Below are positions 1 through 14,941 of a stretch of 61,639 bases of DNA, piece by piece. Every line of letters starts with the position of its first letter. Within the stretch, counting starts at the first letter, position 1. The stretch covers positions 1 through 61,639 of the forward strand of contig NIVC01004077.1 of the NCBI GenBank assembly GCA_002269645.1. Direction: 5' to 3'. The stretch is from Macrostomum lignano. Its lineage: Eukaryota. A model generated the notes under the pieces. It was not told where the DNA came from and ran no database searches. It saw only the letters and a program-made list of their open reading frames with translations. A program made the position numbers and the translations under genes.

Positions 1-1804
1 AGCTCTGTCAAGGCCTCGAAGAGGACATTATCGAAGGCTCCAACAATGTCGAGGAAGACAGCGAGAGCGTAGCCATTATCAAGAACGGGTTTCTCCAGCA
101 TGTCAACCAAAACGTGAAGCGCGCTCTCCGTGGACCGGCCTGCCCGAAAGGCGTGCTGGTTCTCACTGAGCGGCTTGTTCTTCAGTTCCACAGAAAGGAG
201 GCGCCAGAGCACCAGTCTCTCTAACAGCTTCACCAGTGAGGAGGTGAGACTGATTGATCTGAAGGATTTAATGGACCGGTAGTCCGGTCGGCCGGGCTTG
301 GGGATAAAAACCACCTTGGCCTCGGTCCAGGGTCTCGGAACAAAGCCGAGTACAATGCAAGCTTTCAAGAGCCGGCAAAGGTTCCGCAGAAAACCGGTGT
401 ATTTCACCGCCTCTCGCAGGAAAGCTGGCACAACGCCGTCCGGTCCTGGGGATTTGAAGGGTTTGAAGGAGGAGACAGCTTTAGCAACGCGGTCCTCCGT
501 GATGATTGAGTCAGCCAGTACGTGTCCACCCACTGAGTGATCAGGGGGGTCGGGCCTGGCTGGCTTGTTCGGGAAAAACGCTGTTAGCATCGCTTCCAGT
601 GTTCTCCTAGGTTCTCAGTGAGCGAGCCGTCGGCTCTCTTGACTGAGGAGAGTTTGGACATTTTGTCCAGGGTGAGGGCTTTAACGATTCTGGAGGTGGG
701 GCGGGGGCCCTCAAGTTCCTCACAGTATTCGCGCCACTTATTGGTTTTGGCGTTCCTAACCTGCCTCTTGAACTCGTGGATAGAGTTCAGGTAGGCGGTT
801 TGGTCGGCCGGATTTTTAGTTTTTTGGGCCGCCAAAAAACTTTTTTGGTGAAGCCTTTTGGCTCTGCGGCGGAGGTCGCCAAGCTGCGGGTTCCACCATG
901 GGGCCGACTGTTTGCCTTTATATGCCTTTAGTGGGCATGAGGCTTCGAAGGCAGCAGTGAGTGAGTCCGTAAGTACGGCTGTAAATTCATCTGCTTCCTC
1001 GCAGGTGTTGATGGAGACTGAAGTGCTAGTGCATCGATAGATCTCCTCCAAGGCAAGCCTGAAGGCGGTCCAGTCGGTATTCCTAGCATTCCGTTTCCAG
1101 TAAAGCTGGCCTGCGTTTCGGGCGCTGGCCAGCGTGAAAGAGATGAACTTGTGATCGGAGAGGGACGCCTCAGGAAGCACCCGCCACTCCCTAGTGCTCT
1201 GGAAGAGCCTGGGCGTGGCGAGGGTGGCATCCAGCACCTCCGATCGGCGTCCGTTATTGAAGGTAGGGGTACTACCCGAGTTACAGAACTCAAGGGTTGT
1301 AGTAGCAATATAAGCCAGGAAGTCTTCACCTCTCTGGTTAATATCAGAACTGCCCCAGTGGGTGTGGTGGGCGTTGATGCCGCCTGCCACAAGCAGCTCA
1401 TAATTCCTGGTGGAGCAAAGCAAGGTGCCTGGAAGCTCTCCTGGGATCATCTCGCCGTCGCCTGGTAGGTAGACCGAGGAGATGAGGCTAGTCCTCCCAG
1501 GGAGTATGTCTTCAGACTGGATGACACAGATGTCCCTGGTAGACAGGTCCGATCTGAGCCATGCGTTAATGGAGCTAGACACCATTATGCAAGATCTTGG
1601 TGCCAGGTTTCCCTCCCGGGTGCCAGCGGTTAAACACTGGAAGCCGGTGGGGACATGCTGGGGGCTGCCCCTTAGCGTCCAAGGTTCCTGGATAAGGATA
1701 ATCCCTGGTGCGTATTGGTCAGTTTGCTTCAATAGGTTGACTGAAGCAGCAGTGCTGTGCTGCAGGTTGACCTGCAAGCAGTGGATGCCCTGGGAGACGG
1801 TCAT
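1..1804 (-). pseudogene. LINE ORF2: AP endonuclease + N-terminal part of reverse transcriptase, with 1-nt frameshifts near 601 and near 62
   Basis: APE motifs LQVNLQH, LIQEPW, NAHHxxWGS, TPTF, LDATL, SDH. After the shift the RT region reads KSPGPDG, WTEAKVVFIPKPGRPDY, FRSISLTS, NQHAFRAGRST and then FLDIVGAFDN. Confidence 0.9.
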
Positions 1805-1806
1805 GT

Positions 1807-2665
1807 CTACTGTCCAGGGGAGGAGAAAAGCAACTCATTCTTAACCTCATCGGTGAGAGTTGAGTCGCCAATTTCCATTGGCTCAGGCTCAGCCGCCTCC
1901 CCAGCCGCCGCGGAGGCGGACACGGCGCCCACGGCAGGTGAGTCACCTAGCCTCGCTACACCGCCCTCCTCCCCAGCGACTGGGGTACGGCTGCTGCCTT
2001 CGCCTTGCGCCCCGCCGTCGGGAGTCTGAGCTCGGCCGGCAGGTCCTCCTGGTGGTAATCCCACCAGTTGGAAGGCTGAGCCATGCCGTCGTCCAGTTCC
2101 CTCGGCTGGCTTTCAGTGTTTTTGCGAGCAGCACGAGTCTGCTCGAGGTGAAGTCTCAGAGACTGAGCTTCGTCAAGTGCGCGCTGGATTAGCCCGGACC
2201 GCCGGTTACTGCGGGCGGGTCTACGTCCGCGCGAGGCGGACTCAGCAGTGCGAATGGCCTTGTTAGGCTCGGGATCGGGTTGCTGCTGCCGCTTGGCCGG
2301 CGAAGCCTGGGCCCCAGCTCCGGGTGCGGCCCATCGTTCTTGGTCTCCACCTTGCCCTCCTCGCAGCGGAGGTTGGTCAGTTGATGGAGACCAAGGTGGA
2401 GGTTTGAGCCATGCGGTAGCCGCTTGGCCCATCCCTCCGTCAGGCCGAGGATGACGGTGGCCCCGGTCGTGCCCTTGCGGACCGTGTTGTGGTACACAAG
2501 ACCACTGGCGTCGAGATCCGGGTGCCGCTTGAGCAGGAGCTGCCGCAGCTGCTCCCCGGACTTGATCGCACAGTCGGCCGGGACCCAAATCCGATGGCGG
2601 ATGGTCTTCGGCCGCTCGCTCTCCAGGGCGAAGGTCAGCTGGCTCAGGTCGCTGTGCCAGAAGAC
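1807..2665 (-). pseudogene. LINE ORF1 remnant (truncated, frameshifted)
   Basis: Reads VFWHSDL...HRIWVP...LLLKRHPDLDASGLVYH...TVILGLTEGWAKRL..., resembling R1/LOA ORF1 cores. An acidic tail ends in TAG at 1809-1807, 2 nt before the ORF2 ATG. Confidence 0.6.
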
Positions 2666-4081
2666 ATTAAATATACCATATTATTTACGAATAACTAAAT
2701 ATTAACATCGTTACAAAGCTAACAAATGAACCAACCATGCCGAATTACAAAAGCATCATTGAGCCGGGTATTAGGGGTCTGTCAACTGATGAGCATAATT
2801 TTGTGACAATCTGAGCACTACCATACAGTCTAGTGCTCGACACAATTGTGATAGACGCTTTTCTGAATGAGTTTTCAATTCTTTAAGTGTTGCTTTCTTT
2901 TGACTAAATCAAGAAAAGGAAAAGAAGTCAAGAAAAAACGTTTAAAACAATGAGAGACCAATTTAACATGAAAAAATCGATTAATGCGTCGTTAGAGCAG
3001 CATGTGAGGCACAAAACAGTGTGATTAGAACTTTCTCTGACACTGTTAAGAGACCCAATCACTGTTTTAGTGTTGAAAATCGTGAAATTTCTTATCTCCG
3101 TAGTGTATTTTTCCGGTGAAACCTGCTTTTAAAACTGTTTCTGAACAAAAAGCTTTATGAATGTCGATAGATCAATAAGAAGGGCACAACAAATCAAAAG
3201 ATGAACACTGGATCTGCCTCCTATCAAAAGCAATAACAATTTTTGTGCTGAAAAAATTAAAACCTCCTATCTCTGTAATGTATTTTTAGGCGAATTAATC
3301 GGCCTTCAAAACTTTTACGATAGATTTCGAGTGTTGCGTCCTTCTACTTAAGTTGTCCTTGAGTCCATCAAGAAATCGCGCATCAGACAATGAGGTTGAT
3401 GATTGAATGAGAAGCTATGGAGCAAGGAACACTGTATATAGTTCTTTGGAGTTCAAAGAAAGAGCTTTTGGTTGACCTTCCAGTGAGTGTTGACTAGTTT
3501 AAGCAGTGAGGGCGGCTTGAGTGTTTGGTTGATTGATAAAATATCGATGAGATTCGTTGCTCTTGTTCTGAGCTTTTTCTGATGTTGTCTACAAATATCT
3601 TAACAAATAGGATCATTCCAGCTTCTCAGGATTACATTTTTTTTTCGATTGGGTTGATCAGTCGTAAAAGTACGAGCTAAGTCTTCTCAACTTTGTAGCA
3701 GTTTTGACCTGGCTCCCCCAAACAACTTTCTTGAAAATAGAGAATTTTGATGTTTCAGGATTGAATCCAGGAATGCCGATAGTACCAGCGCCACATGGAT
3801 ATTAAAATCAAAATAATCTTACGTCACACATAATCTATAATGGATGAAGGAATATAATGAATTGGTTCATGCGTCTCAACAGCGAAATAAATAGAAAACA
3901 AACCATTTACCACACTTTTAGCTTAAACGGTTTTAAGAAATATTTAACCAGGTTAAGTATTTTATTTGGATGAATAATAGACTGGCTAAACAGGAAGCTT
4001 GAAGGAACAAAAAAAGAACTCGAAAAACAATTGAAATTCATCAATCGTCTTCATAGTCAATGGACCGCAGACACGGCTCGC

Positions 4082-4302
4082 TCATACTGATCGCTTCTTT
4101 CTGAAATCCTCGTCCTGATCCAGTCTGTTGATGCTGCGCTCCAAGCAGCCTTCGGCGAGACCTGGAACTGCAGACGGACAAATCGCGTGTTAGATAATGA
4201 GGCTGATGATTGAATGAGAAATTATGAAATTCAAAGAAAGGATTACTCACTTAGCAACGCGATGATGGCAATGAGCAGCATAAGGAGCTGAAGCTGAACC
4301 AT
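4082..4302 (-). CDS. Putative 45-aa secreted peptide; exons 4302-4251 and 4167-4082
   Basis: AAAACT-ATG start, hydrophobic signal-like N-terminus and a GTGAGT...CTGCAG intron in phase 1. Product MVQLQLLMLLIAIIALLIPGLAEGCLERSINRLDQDEDFRKKRSV. Confidence 0.55.
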
Positions 4303-5348
4303 AGTTTTGCTTGTTCAAGTAAGACTCGGAAAAATCAGTTTCAATTCAGAGACACTTTGGGATTTGAGGCAGCTGGTATCTGTCGCACTTCTTAAGATCT
4401 GTTTTCAGCTGACCCTCCTACGACTGACTGTACTGGCCGTCAGGCCATAGACATTCTAAACTCGGCTTGCGGGCCATAGACAAACCAAGGACTACTAGAC
4501 TATACGAAGTGTTCCTAGTGGTCCTTGAGACAAAATGCTGATCATTAGCTGTTAAGTATTAATCTAGAGTACTTTATAGTAATTTATTTACAAGATCTAG
4601 AATAAATTCTTTGACAAAGAGTTGGAATCAGCTCGAGAGGGCAGGCCATAGACAAATCAAGTTTCTCGAACTGAGTACAGTGTTAGACTGTATCAATTCC
4701 AGCTTATGGGAACTACATTTTTCGATTAATTGCGTTGAGCAAAGTTTCATTCAGCCTCTCAGCTTTCAAAAGTGCATATTTCTCCTGCCTAAGAAATTTA
4801 AAGTACCCCTGCCTGCAGGGCAGGCTAATAAGAGTGCAGGCCGGTGATTATAAATGTGCCACGTGATGTCGCACAAGCCTATTAGGCTCCACTGCCCTAA
4901 TTGAAGCCAGCAACACCCCTGGCATATTAGTGTACACTTATGGCAGGGGCATGTTTCTATTCCATTGATAGTGTGGAAGCGTGGTTGGTTGGTCCGGGCC
5001 AAGTTAGCATTCTGGGCGCACTCTCTTTCCTTTTCTCAAAATCTAGCCGGAACGTACAGGGACTGCGTTTATACCTGGGCAAACCAACTCATTGTTACAC
5101 CCACTGCCGTGCACTGGCCCCGCCAACCCCTCAGAAGAATGCAAGTATAGCCCCACCCCTCCTAGCCTAGCAAAATTTGAACCTTTGGCCCTTGGCCCTC
5201 AGCCCCTAGCGCACCCTTCTGAACTCATACAGTTTGGCCGTATCTAGTTGACCCATTCGAATTTAAATCTAGAGTTTTCAAGAGCTTGCTCAAACGGAGT
5301 GCAGCGCTCGCTTACTGCAAGTTTCTCAGTCCAGGAGACGCACAGATC

Positions 5349-8035
<2,687 letters not shown>

Positions 8036-8617
8036 CCTTCAAGCGGAAGTTCGACTTGACTAGAAACTTGATGGAGAGGCTTCGAATTCGCCAAGTACAA
8101 GTGTTCTGTTTTGTAAATTCTTCTGTACTAAATCTTCTGCCGGATCTAAAAAATTTTAATATTTCATATTTTTATATTTCTATTAGTTTCGAATCGAATG
8201 GCCGGCTCCTTCTAAACGAAGCAGTTTCAATAAATTTCCATCTGTACTGTAAGCGCACTATAATAGCACAATTTAAAAGTGCATAGCTCTAAGGTTGGTT
8301 TTACGTAACCTCAGGAAAGAACATTTTTTAATCTTTAAGCCGCATAAATCAGAAACAGATTCTCCAAACTCTAGCGTTTCGAGAGATAAACTTCGGATTG
8401 AAAATTTTCGCAAGGAGTTTTGGTAAACTTTTTGTAGAACCCAATTTCGAGGTACCAATTTTTTTATTGGATTCTGTTCAGCACTTATTGTTAACTTGCA
8501 TCCTCTTCTGCGCTTTCTTTGGTTTTCGAATTTGCTTGTTTTCTGCCATTTCTTTTAGAAGCAACAATAAAAGAAAGTGTTTGCACGTTATTGAACCTAG
8601 AAGTTCTTTCTTTTGAT

Positions 8618-8811
8618 GGCTGCGTACGGCTGTTCAGTCCAAGGACTGGGGGGTCGCCACACACACCCCCGATTAACTCAGCTAATGCTGGCACCCATTT
8701 TACTGAACTGAAGGAATGCAAAGTATCTTGCTCAAGGACACAAATTGTTCCCAGTGGGTCAAGAATCGGACTCCCGACTGAACCGACACTTTAACTAATA
8801 GGCTACAACCC
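8618..8811 (-). mobile_element. tRNA-derived SINE, degenerate copy
   Basis: Clearly homologous to 40909-41121 (GGCTGTTCAGTCCAAGGACTGGGGGGTCGCCACACAC, GCTAATGCTGGCACCC, TTGCTCAAGGACACAAATTGTT, AGGCTACAACCC). Confidence 0.8.
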
Positions 8812-9385
8812 TTTACTAGGCTACTAGCGCATGCAAAAACTATACAACCAATTTAAGAAATTAAAAATATACCTTTGTCTGTAAACTTCAGTACAGTTTG
8901 GTAAATCAGTTTCTTACTGAAACTTTCATAAAAAAATACGAAGGCAATGCAAGACCAAAGCGAACTGAAGCGATTAAAATACAGTTAATCTCAGACTCAG
9001 TTCTGCGATTAGCAATAATAATATACTGAGTTGCATTTGAAGCAATTCACAGATGACTTGGACGCAACTGTCTGTGAAGCAACCATACATTAAGCAGCTC
9101 CCCACTGCATTGCATGACATACTAATCAAAAAGTACTTTAATAGCAGATGTTCTCGCATACTGCTCAATCAATCAATAGATGGACACAATATAAAAATAG
9201 GCTACAGTTAGCTTAAACAAAGCCAATTTAAAGCTCAAACGGCCGCTCTGGCTGCATATTGAGATGATCCAACACTATATACTGATAGTCCTTGTTACTA
9301 AAAAGAACTTCTGGGTCTTTAACTAATCTCAAATAGCAATTAACAAACAAGCAATGCTATAAAAGCCGAAGCTACGGCTATTCAA

Positions 9386-9952
9386 TCAGTCTCCGCCAAG
9401 CAGGCGCCTGGCGCCCTCGCCAGTGGTGAGCGCCACCAGGGAGGCGCCAACCACGAGACCGGCGGCGCCGCCCCTGGCCAGACCCATCAGGCCGGCACGC
9501 CTGTCGCCGCTAAGCAGGCCGGGCAGCTTGTAGGTGAGCCCAGTGAGCACTGAGGCAGCCATGGTGTTCGCATTGTCGTCAACATCGCCGCGCGCCTTCG
9601 ACAAAGTGAAGTCGTAGATGCCGTAGAACAGGCCGATGCAGCCGGCCGTCTGGGCCAGGGAGCCGCCGCTGCGGACCATGTGGTTGAGCAGGTGGCTGCG
9701 CCGCAGCGTGCTGCTGCTCAAGCTGCTCATCTGGGCGTCCGTCAGGCCGGAGTACAGGCCGCGCGCTCCGCCAACGGAGACGCCGCCAAGGACGCAGCCG
9801 CCGATGGCGGAGAAGGCCCGCTCGAAGCGGCCGCGGCCCTGGCCGCCCTCAGCAAAGATGTACTGCTGCTCATTGCCTTGGTTGACATTGATGAGGGCTG
9901 GGTCAAAGTTCAAGAAGGGCGACACCATGACTGGCCGCTGATTGTCTGACAT
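9386..9952 (-). CDS. TIMM23: Mitochondrial inner membrane translocase subunit Tim23, intronless, 188 aa
   Basis: Tim17/22/23 family features: SPFLNFDP N-terminus, YIFAE..RGRFERAFSAIGG, LRRSHLLNH, KARGDVDDNANTMAASVLTGLTYK, and GxxxG-rich transmembrane segments. Confidence 0.92.
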   Translation of the reverse strand: MSDNQRPVMVSPFLNFDPALINVNQGNEQQYIFAEGGQGRGRFERAFSAIGGCVLGGVSVGGARGLYSGLTDAQMSSLSSSTLRRSHLLNHMVRSGGSLAQTAGCIGLFYGIYDFTLSKARGDVDDNANTMAASVLTGLTYKLPGLLSGDRRAGLMGLARGGAAGLVVGASLVALTTGEGARRLLGGD

Positions 9953-10759
9953 TCTGGCGGTTCTACTTGCAGCGCTGAGGATTTTTGTTGTTAAGTTAAT
10001 CAGTTTAAATAGCCAAACGTGTTTGCTTCAATGTTTGAAATTAAAAAAAATGGATCACACTTTAGACAAACAGGTTTGCCTGTTTGATAGGCACAGATGT
10101 TCATTAGACTAGCAGTTTAGAATTTCTTTTATAGCATACTTAGCATATTAGAATAGACTTTATTTTTACATGATTATATGATAACAACCAGACTTTAATC
10201 TTTTAATCTTAAAATTAAAGAAACTCATATAATTGCTAAATCTCAATGCCAAATTCCTAAAGTTTCTTTTAACCCTTGCTTAAATATTATGAAATTGTTT
10301 GTGTGCCACAATAGTAGAATCCATACTTCAAAATCAACTGGTGCTTGTGCAAATCAAAGGTAGGCACAAGTAGGTATACTTGATAAAATAATTGCTTCTG
10401 ATATATTTTATCTGAATAATATTATATTATATTTAGCCAACTTTATTTATCTTTTTTACCTATCAAAACCATTTGGAATATTTATATAAGGATAAACCAT
10501 TTTTATTATATAGGATATTATTTCTACAAATGTTAAATGCCAATAAATGGTAATTAATCATTTTTGTTTTAAGCTGTTCTATTTTTTGGCCAAATATATT
10601 CATTTTGTTATAGTGTGTTTTGCTTCTACCCTTAAAATTAATCCTACTGATTCCACCAGCTGTTATAGAGCTAATTGTCCTATCTGAGAAATCTAACTAA
10701 TGTTAGCAAGTTTTCACAGCAACTTATAGGGCTATCTCCTATACTATAATTTCAAGCCA

Positions 10760-10925
10760 TATGACATGATCTGGATTTTAGCACTATATAGTATTATTTT
10801 GTACTATATTATTATTATTATTTAGCAACATATGGCATGATATAGCACTATGGTATGATCTAGTATCATATAGCAAGATCTGACACCATATGCCATAATC
10901 TGGCACCATATGGCATGATCTAGAT
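10760..10925. repeat. Old degenerate ~21-22-bp minisatellite (ATGATCTGGCACCATATGGC-like)
   Basis: Repeated ATGATCT(G/A)GCAC(C/T)ATATGG units. A related block lies at 11970-12190. Confidence 0.6.
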
Positions 10926-11969
10926 TCTGATTTCTGATCTGATTTTAACACACACATGTGAAAGTTACTATTGGCTGAGAGCAGTCACATGACTACTATT
11001 CTGTCCAATAGCAACTTACATGGGTATGTTGCCAATAGAAATAGCCAGGTGAATCCCTAGGTTGCATCTAAGCATGTTCAAGAACCTGCCAGTGCATCAA
11101 TGTATCCATGAGGCTGTCTGCCAAACATCTGCCACACAACATTGTAATCTATTATAGCTTAAACTAGTGATCATTGGAAGTGATGAGGTGCTAGTTTACA
11201 CCAAAAGAACATCCAAGAATAGCAAGATTGGACTTTGCAAGGTATATATGGAGCCCAAGACTATATAGATCTATCTATAAAATAATCTATACAATACTAT
11301 TATGTTGTATTAATATACAAGTCATATGTTGCCTATTGCCCTGAGAGCCATAGACAATAAGGTTGTAAAATGTTTTATCTTATATTACTAAAGAAACTAA
11401 TATCAAGCATCTTGTACCAAATGTAGCCAATAGGCATATATACCAGAGACAGTTTTTCAAGACTGATAGCTAACAATTCTAATCACTACTATACATATTA
11501 GCAATAGTAGTTTGCTAGTACAAAGACCAATTGGATCAAGCCTAAATTGACATGAGCTCACATAAAAAGCAAATGTCTACAATTCTATATAGCTATCTAG
11601 AACTATCATCTACCAATGCAAATAACAAAATAAAGATAGAAAGTGTGATATCTATATATCAACAATGGGAAGCACCTATAATGAATTTTCTATGGACTAA
11701 CTACCATCAATATTTCCTAGTAATCCTGAGGTAGATATGATTGAATATAAAATAGGCCTAATATCATTCAAATTACAGTTTGTTGATATACTTTTTAATG
11801 TCAATGTTAAAGTTTACAAAGTGTTTACAAAGTGCAAATTTATATTTTGTTAATTTTATTTTCTATGGCAGCAGAGGTTACTTAATGAGAATCTCTATTA
11901 ACAAAGCAATAATAACATAGACAAGGTATATAGGCAAAGTGGGATACATAATATTATAATATACTATAT

Positions 11970-12190
11970 AGTATGATCTGGCATCATATGGTATGATCTA
12001 GCACTATATAATATGATCTTGCAATATAGTATGATCTAGCACCATATGGTATGATCTAGTACTATATAGTATTGATCTGGCAGTATATGGCACAATCTAG
12101 ACTAACTTATTATTTGGGACCAACTTATTTTTATATAACATGATCTGGCACTATATGGTATGACTTGGTACCATATGGTATAGTATGATC
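11970..12190. repeat. Second block of the same degenerate minisatellite
   Basis: Repeated TATGATCT(G/A)GCAC(C/T)ATA units. Confidence 0.6.
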
Positions 12191-12349
12191 TAACACAAAA
12201 GTTAGTACAGTTAATATTGCTAAAAGCTATAAGAATAAACAAACTCTATTAGTATTAGCAATTCTTTTAAAATTAAATTGTCTTATTTTCAATGATTATA
12301 ATATAATTATTTTATGAATTATATACAACTTTAATATAAAAATACTATT

Positions 12350-14941
12350 ATGCCCAATATAATGACCACTGCAGTGTGATAGAGGAATATCTCAGCTGTC
12401 AGGGGAATGTTTTCTTAAACTGAAATTGGTTTGTCCTGACTAGTTATGCCCAATTATGTTAATTAGCTAGCATAATTAATTAATGTACTCAGAATTAGGC
12501 GTTTCCTTTGTGTGAAATTGCCTGAAAACTGCTTTTATGACCTGCTTTTATGTTTTTATGATATAAACTGCTATTATACTAGATGAGCAGTTGCTAATCA
12601 GAATGTATGCAGCAGCCAATGCTCTGCTCAAGCTTTGATATTAACTGTTGTACTCTAGGTCTCATGCACTCTCTCTGCTCAATATTGAAATTAGCACATG
12701 AACGTACATTTGTACTATTCTATTTCATATGCGTCAGACGGTCAGATGTACATTGATTGCTACTTTCATAGCCAACTCATATTAGCACTCAAATAAATAT
12801 CACTTTTTAAAACTTTTTTAAACTTCAGACACTTTAATTTGAGCTGCCATCTTCTACCATTGGTGATTGTGCTTCTGTCCTCTGCACTAATGCTTTGTAT
12901 CTCATTGAATTTATTGTCCAATAGCAAGGAGCCTCTAACTTTGAATGCCGGCTAGGGCTTGATGGTGGCGGAGGTTTTTTAAGATTTGCATGTCTGTTGT
13001 TGCCGTCGGCCGTTCAGGGACTAGCGGAATGGGCGCCCGCGCCTTCCCGCTGTGTCCCCTCCGGGACAGCCCTGCAGCTAAGTCAAGTCAAGTCAAGTTG
13101 TTGCGTTCATATCTGACCATCAGGTGCACGGCGGTGCTGCTGCAGTTCACGAAAGTGTGCGACGCCACTCACAGTTTAATGATGCCAGAGTGAAAAAGAT
13201 TATAGTTGTCCCAATCATCAACGACATCTCAGAAATGTACAAAAATGTGAAAACATTGCTACAGGCTGTTTCTGTGGTGGAGCTGTCTGCTGTGACTGTC
13301 ACAGACATGAAGCTAGCAAACATTCTCTGCGGACTCAGCCTCACTTGTGTGCTCACCCATGTCTATACTGCAAGTCTACTACACCACTGACAAGCGGCAG
13401 GCCACAAACCCTCAGTAGAATTCGGCAGAAAGTGCAGGAGTTCAATTCTGCTAGACGAGTTTGGAGCAGAGCGAAGCAGTTCATGAACTGTGTCAATCTG
13501 CTGCTGCTGGCTGGTGATGATGACAAGGAAGTGCTGATGCTGCTGCCCCCTCCTGAACTGCATCTTCTGCTCGGAATCAGTAACAAATTGCTTGATTCCT
13601 TGAACAAAGCTTGGGGCAAAGACCACAGATTTGCATGGCTACAATCTCACGGCATCGTGCGAGCAGGGTATTGCGGCGGCACAATGGAAGGCAATGCAAT
13701 GCTTATCACAAATTGCTGCTGATGGCTGAGGTTCTTCTTGCAGATGTTCCTCATGAACTACAGCCCTTCACCCAGTGCTTGATTTGCTTTAACAGTGTTG
13801 TTAATGGAGCATTTGGCTAGGAATTGGCCAAGGATTTTGGTGAGCAAATCGAAAAGTTTGGAGCTGCATACCTGGCACTAGGATTGACTATCACGCCTAA
13901 AGTGCATGTCTTCCTTTGCCACGTGAGCAACTTCTGCCATCACACTGGTCGTACACTTGGAACTTGTAGCAAACAGGCAGTAGAAAGTGCATACTCACTC
14001 GGATTTCCAGCGGACTTGGTAGCGCTATAGGCTGCCAGACGATCACCCACAGTTTGGCAATAGGCTGCTGCAGGCAATAGTGGCGTATAAAAGCTGGCAT
14101 ATCTAATGCAGTGACATATTTAATGTGGTAATGGCTTTTCAATTGACTAAATTTACTGTTGTGTTGTGCAGCCTACTTTTCTGCTATTGTTACTAGCACT
14201 ACTACATGGATGAAGAAAAACAGTAATAGGAGCAATATTTCCATGACTATTTGTGAAAGGATCTATCTAAAAGTTCAACATCCAAAAGTTTAGATATTGA
14301 TTCTATTGACAATAGAAGTAATTCAAAAGAAATATTCAATATCTAAAAAAAGCTTTTGACCCAGACTTTTCTGCTCCGATTAGCAATATTCTCTTCTTCA
14401 TCTGTGACATGTTGCTCCGATTAGCAATATTCTCTTCTTCATCTGTGACATGTTATCTCGTAGTACCTGCATGCTAAAACATAAACTCATAATGAAATTG
14501 CTATATAAGTTATATTATAATTATATCATATATTTAATTTTATTGATATAATTTTTAATAGGTGCTATCCAAATTTTGGACCTGCTGCTCAGTTTCAAAG
14601 AGACCTTTTCTAAAATGCTAGATATTTCTTTTTTTTCTTATAATTTTTAAGTACCAATAATATAAACTACAAACACAAAGTGCTCACTTTCTATAACTAA
14701 TACTAATATATATTGATAATAAATAGCTACAGATTTTAATATGAACATAGCTCATAAAAGCAGTTTTTAAGCAATTTCACACAAAGAAAGCACTTAATTC
14801 CAAGTACATTAATTAATTATGCTAGCGAATTAACATGATTAGGCATAACTGGTCAGGACAAACTGATTTCATTTTAGGAAAACATTCCCCTGGTAGCTAA
14901 GATGTTCCTCTATAATACTCAGTGATTGTTTTATTGGGCAT
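12350..14941 (+). mobile_element. Decayed RAG1/Transib/Chapaev-like DNA transposon with ~190-bp terminal inverted repeats (12350-12540 and 14752-14941)
   Basis: The two AT-rich blocks are reverse complements of each other (e.g. AGGGGAATGTTTTC, TTTGTCCTGAC, GCTAGCATAATTAATTAATGTACT, CTTTGTGTGAAATTGC, AACTGCTTTTATGA) and flank a transposase relic. No TSD identified. Confidence 0.8.
12870..14105 (+). pseudogene. RAG1-core-like DDE transposase relic with frameshifts and stops
   Basis: Ordered motifs LGLDGGGGFL (D at 12961), TDMKLANILCGL (D at 13304), HPCLYC, PPPELHLLLG, GGTMEGN..HKLL, ITPKVHVFLCH, S(K)QAVES (E at 13983). The order parallels RAG1 D600, D708, CxxC, H795, GN, H937/H942, E962. Confidence 0.75.

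Larger units (their letters stand above)
1..2665 (-). mobile_element. Non-LTR retrotransposon (APE-RT; R1/LOA-like), 5'-truncated within ORF1 and running off the window start
   Basis: ORF1 remnant, then APE endonuclease ORF, then RT motifs, all on the minus strand. GC-rich element sequence changes abruptly to AT-rich host DNA at ~2666. Confidence 0.9.

Noticed and set aside
12350-14941. Complete ProtoRAG with RAG2 and RSS-type ends
   Set aside because: No RAG2-like ORF, no heptamer-spacer-nonamer structure and no TSD could be identified.
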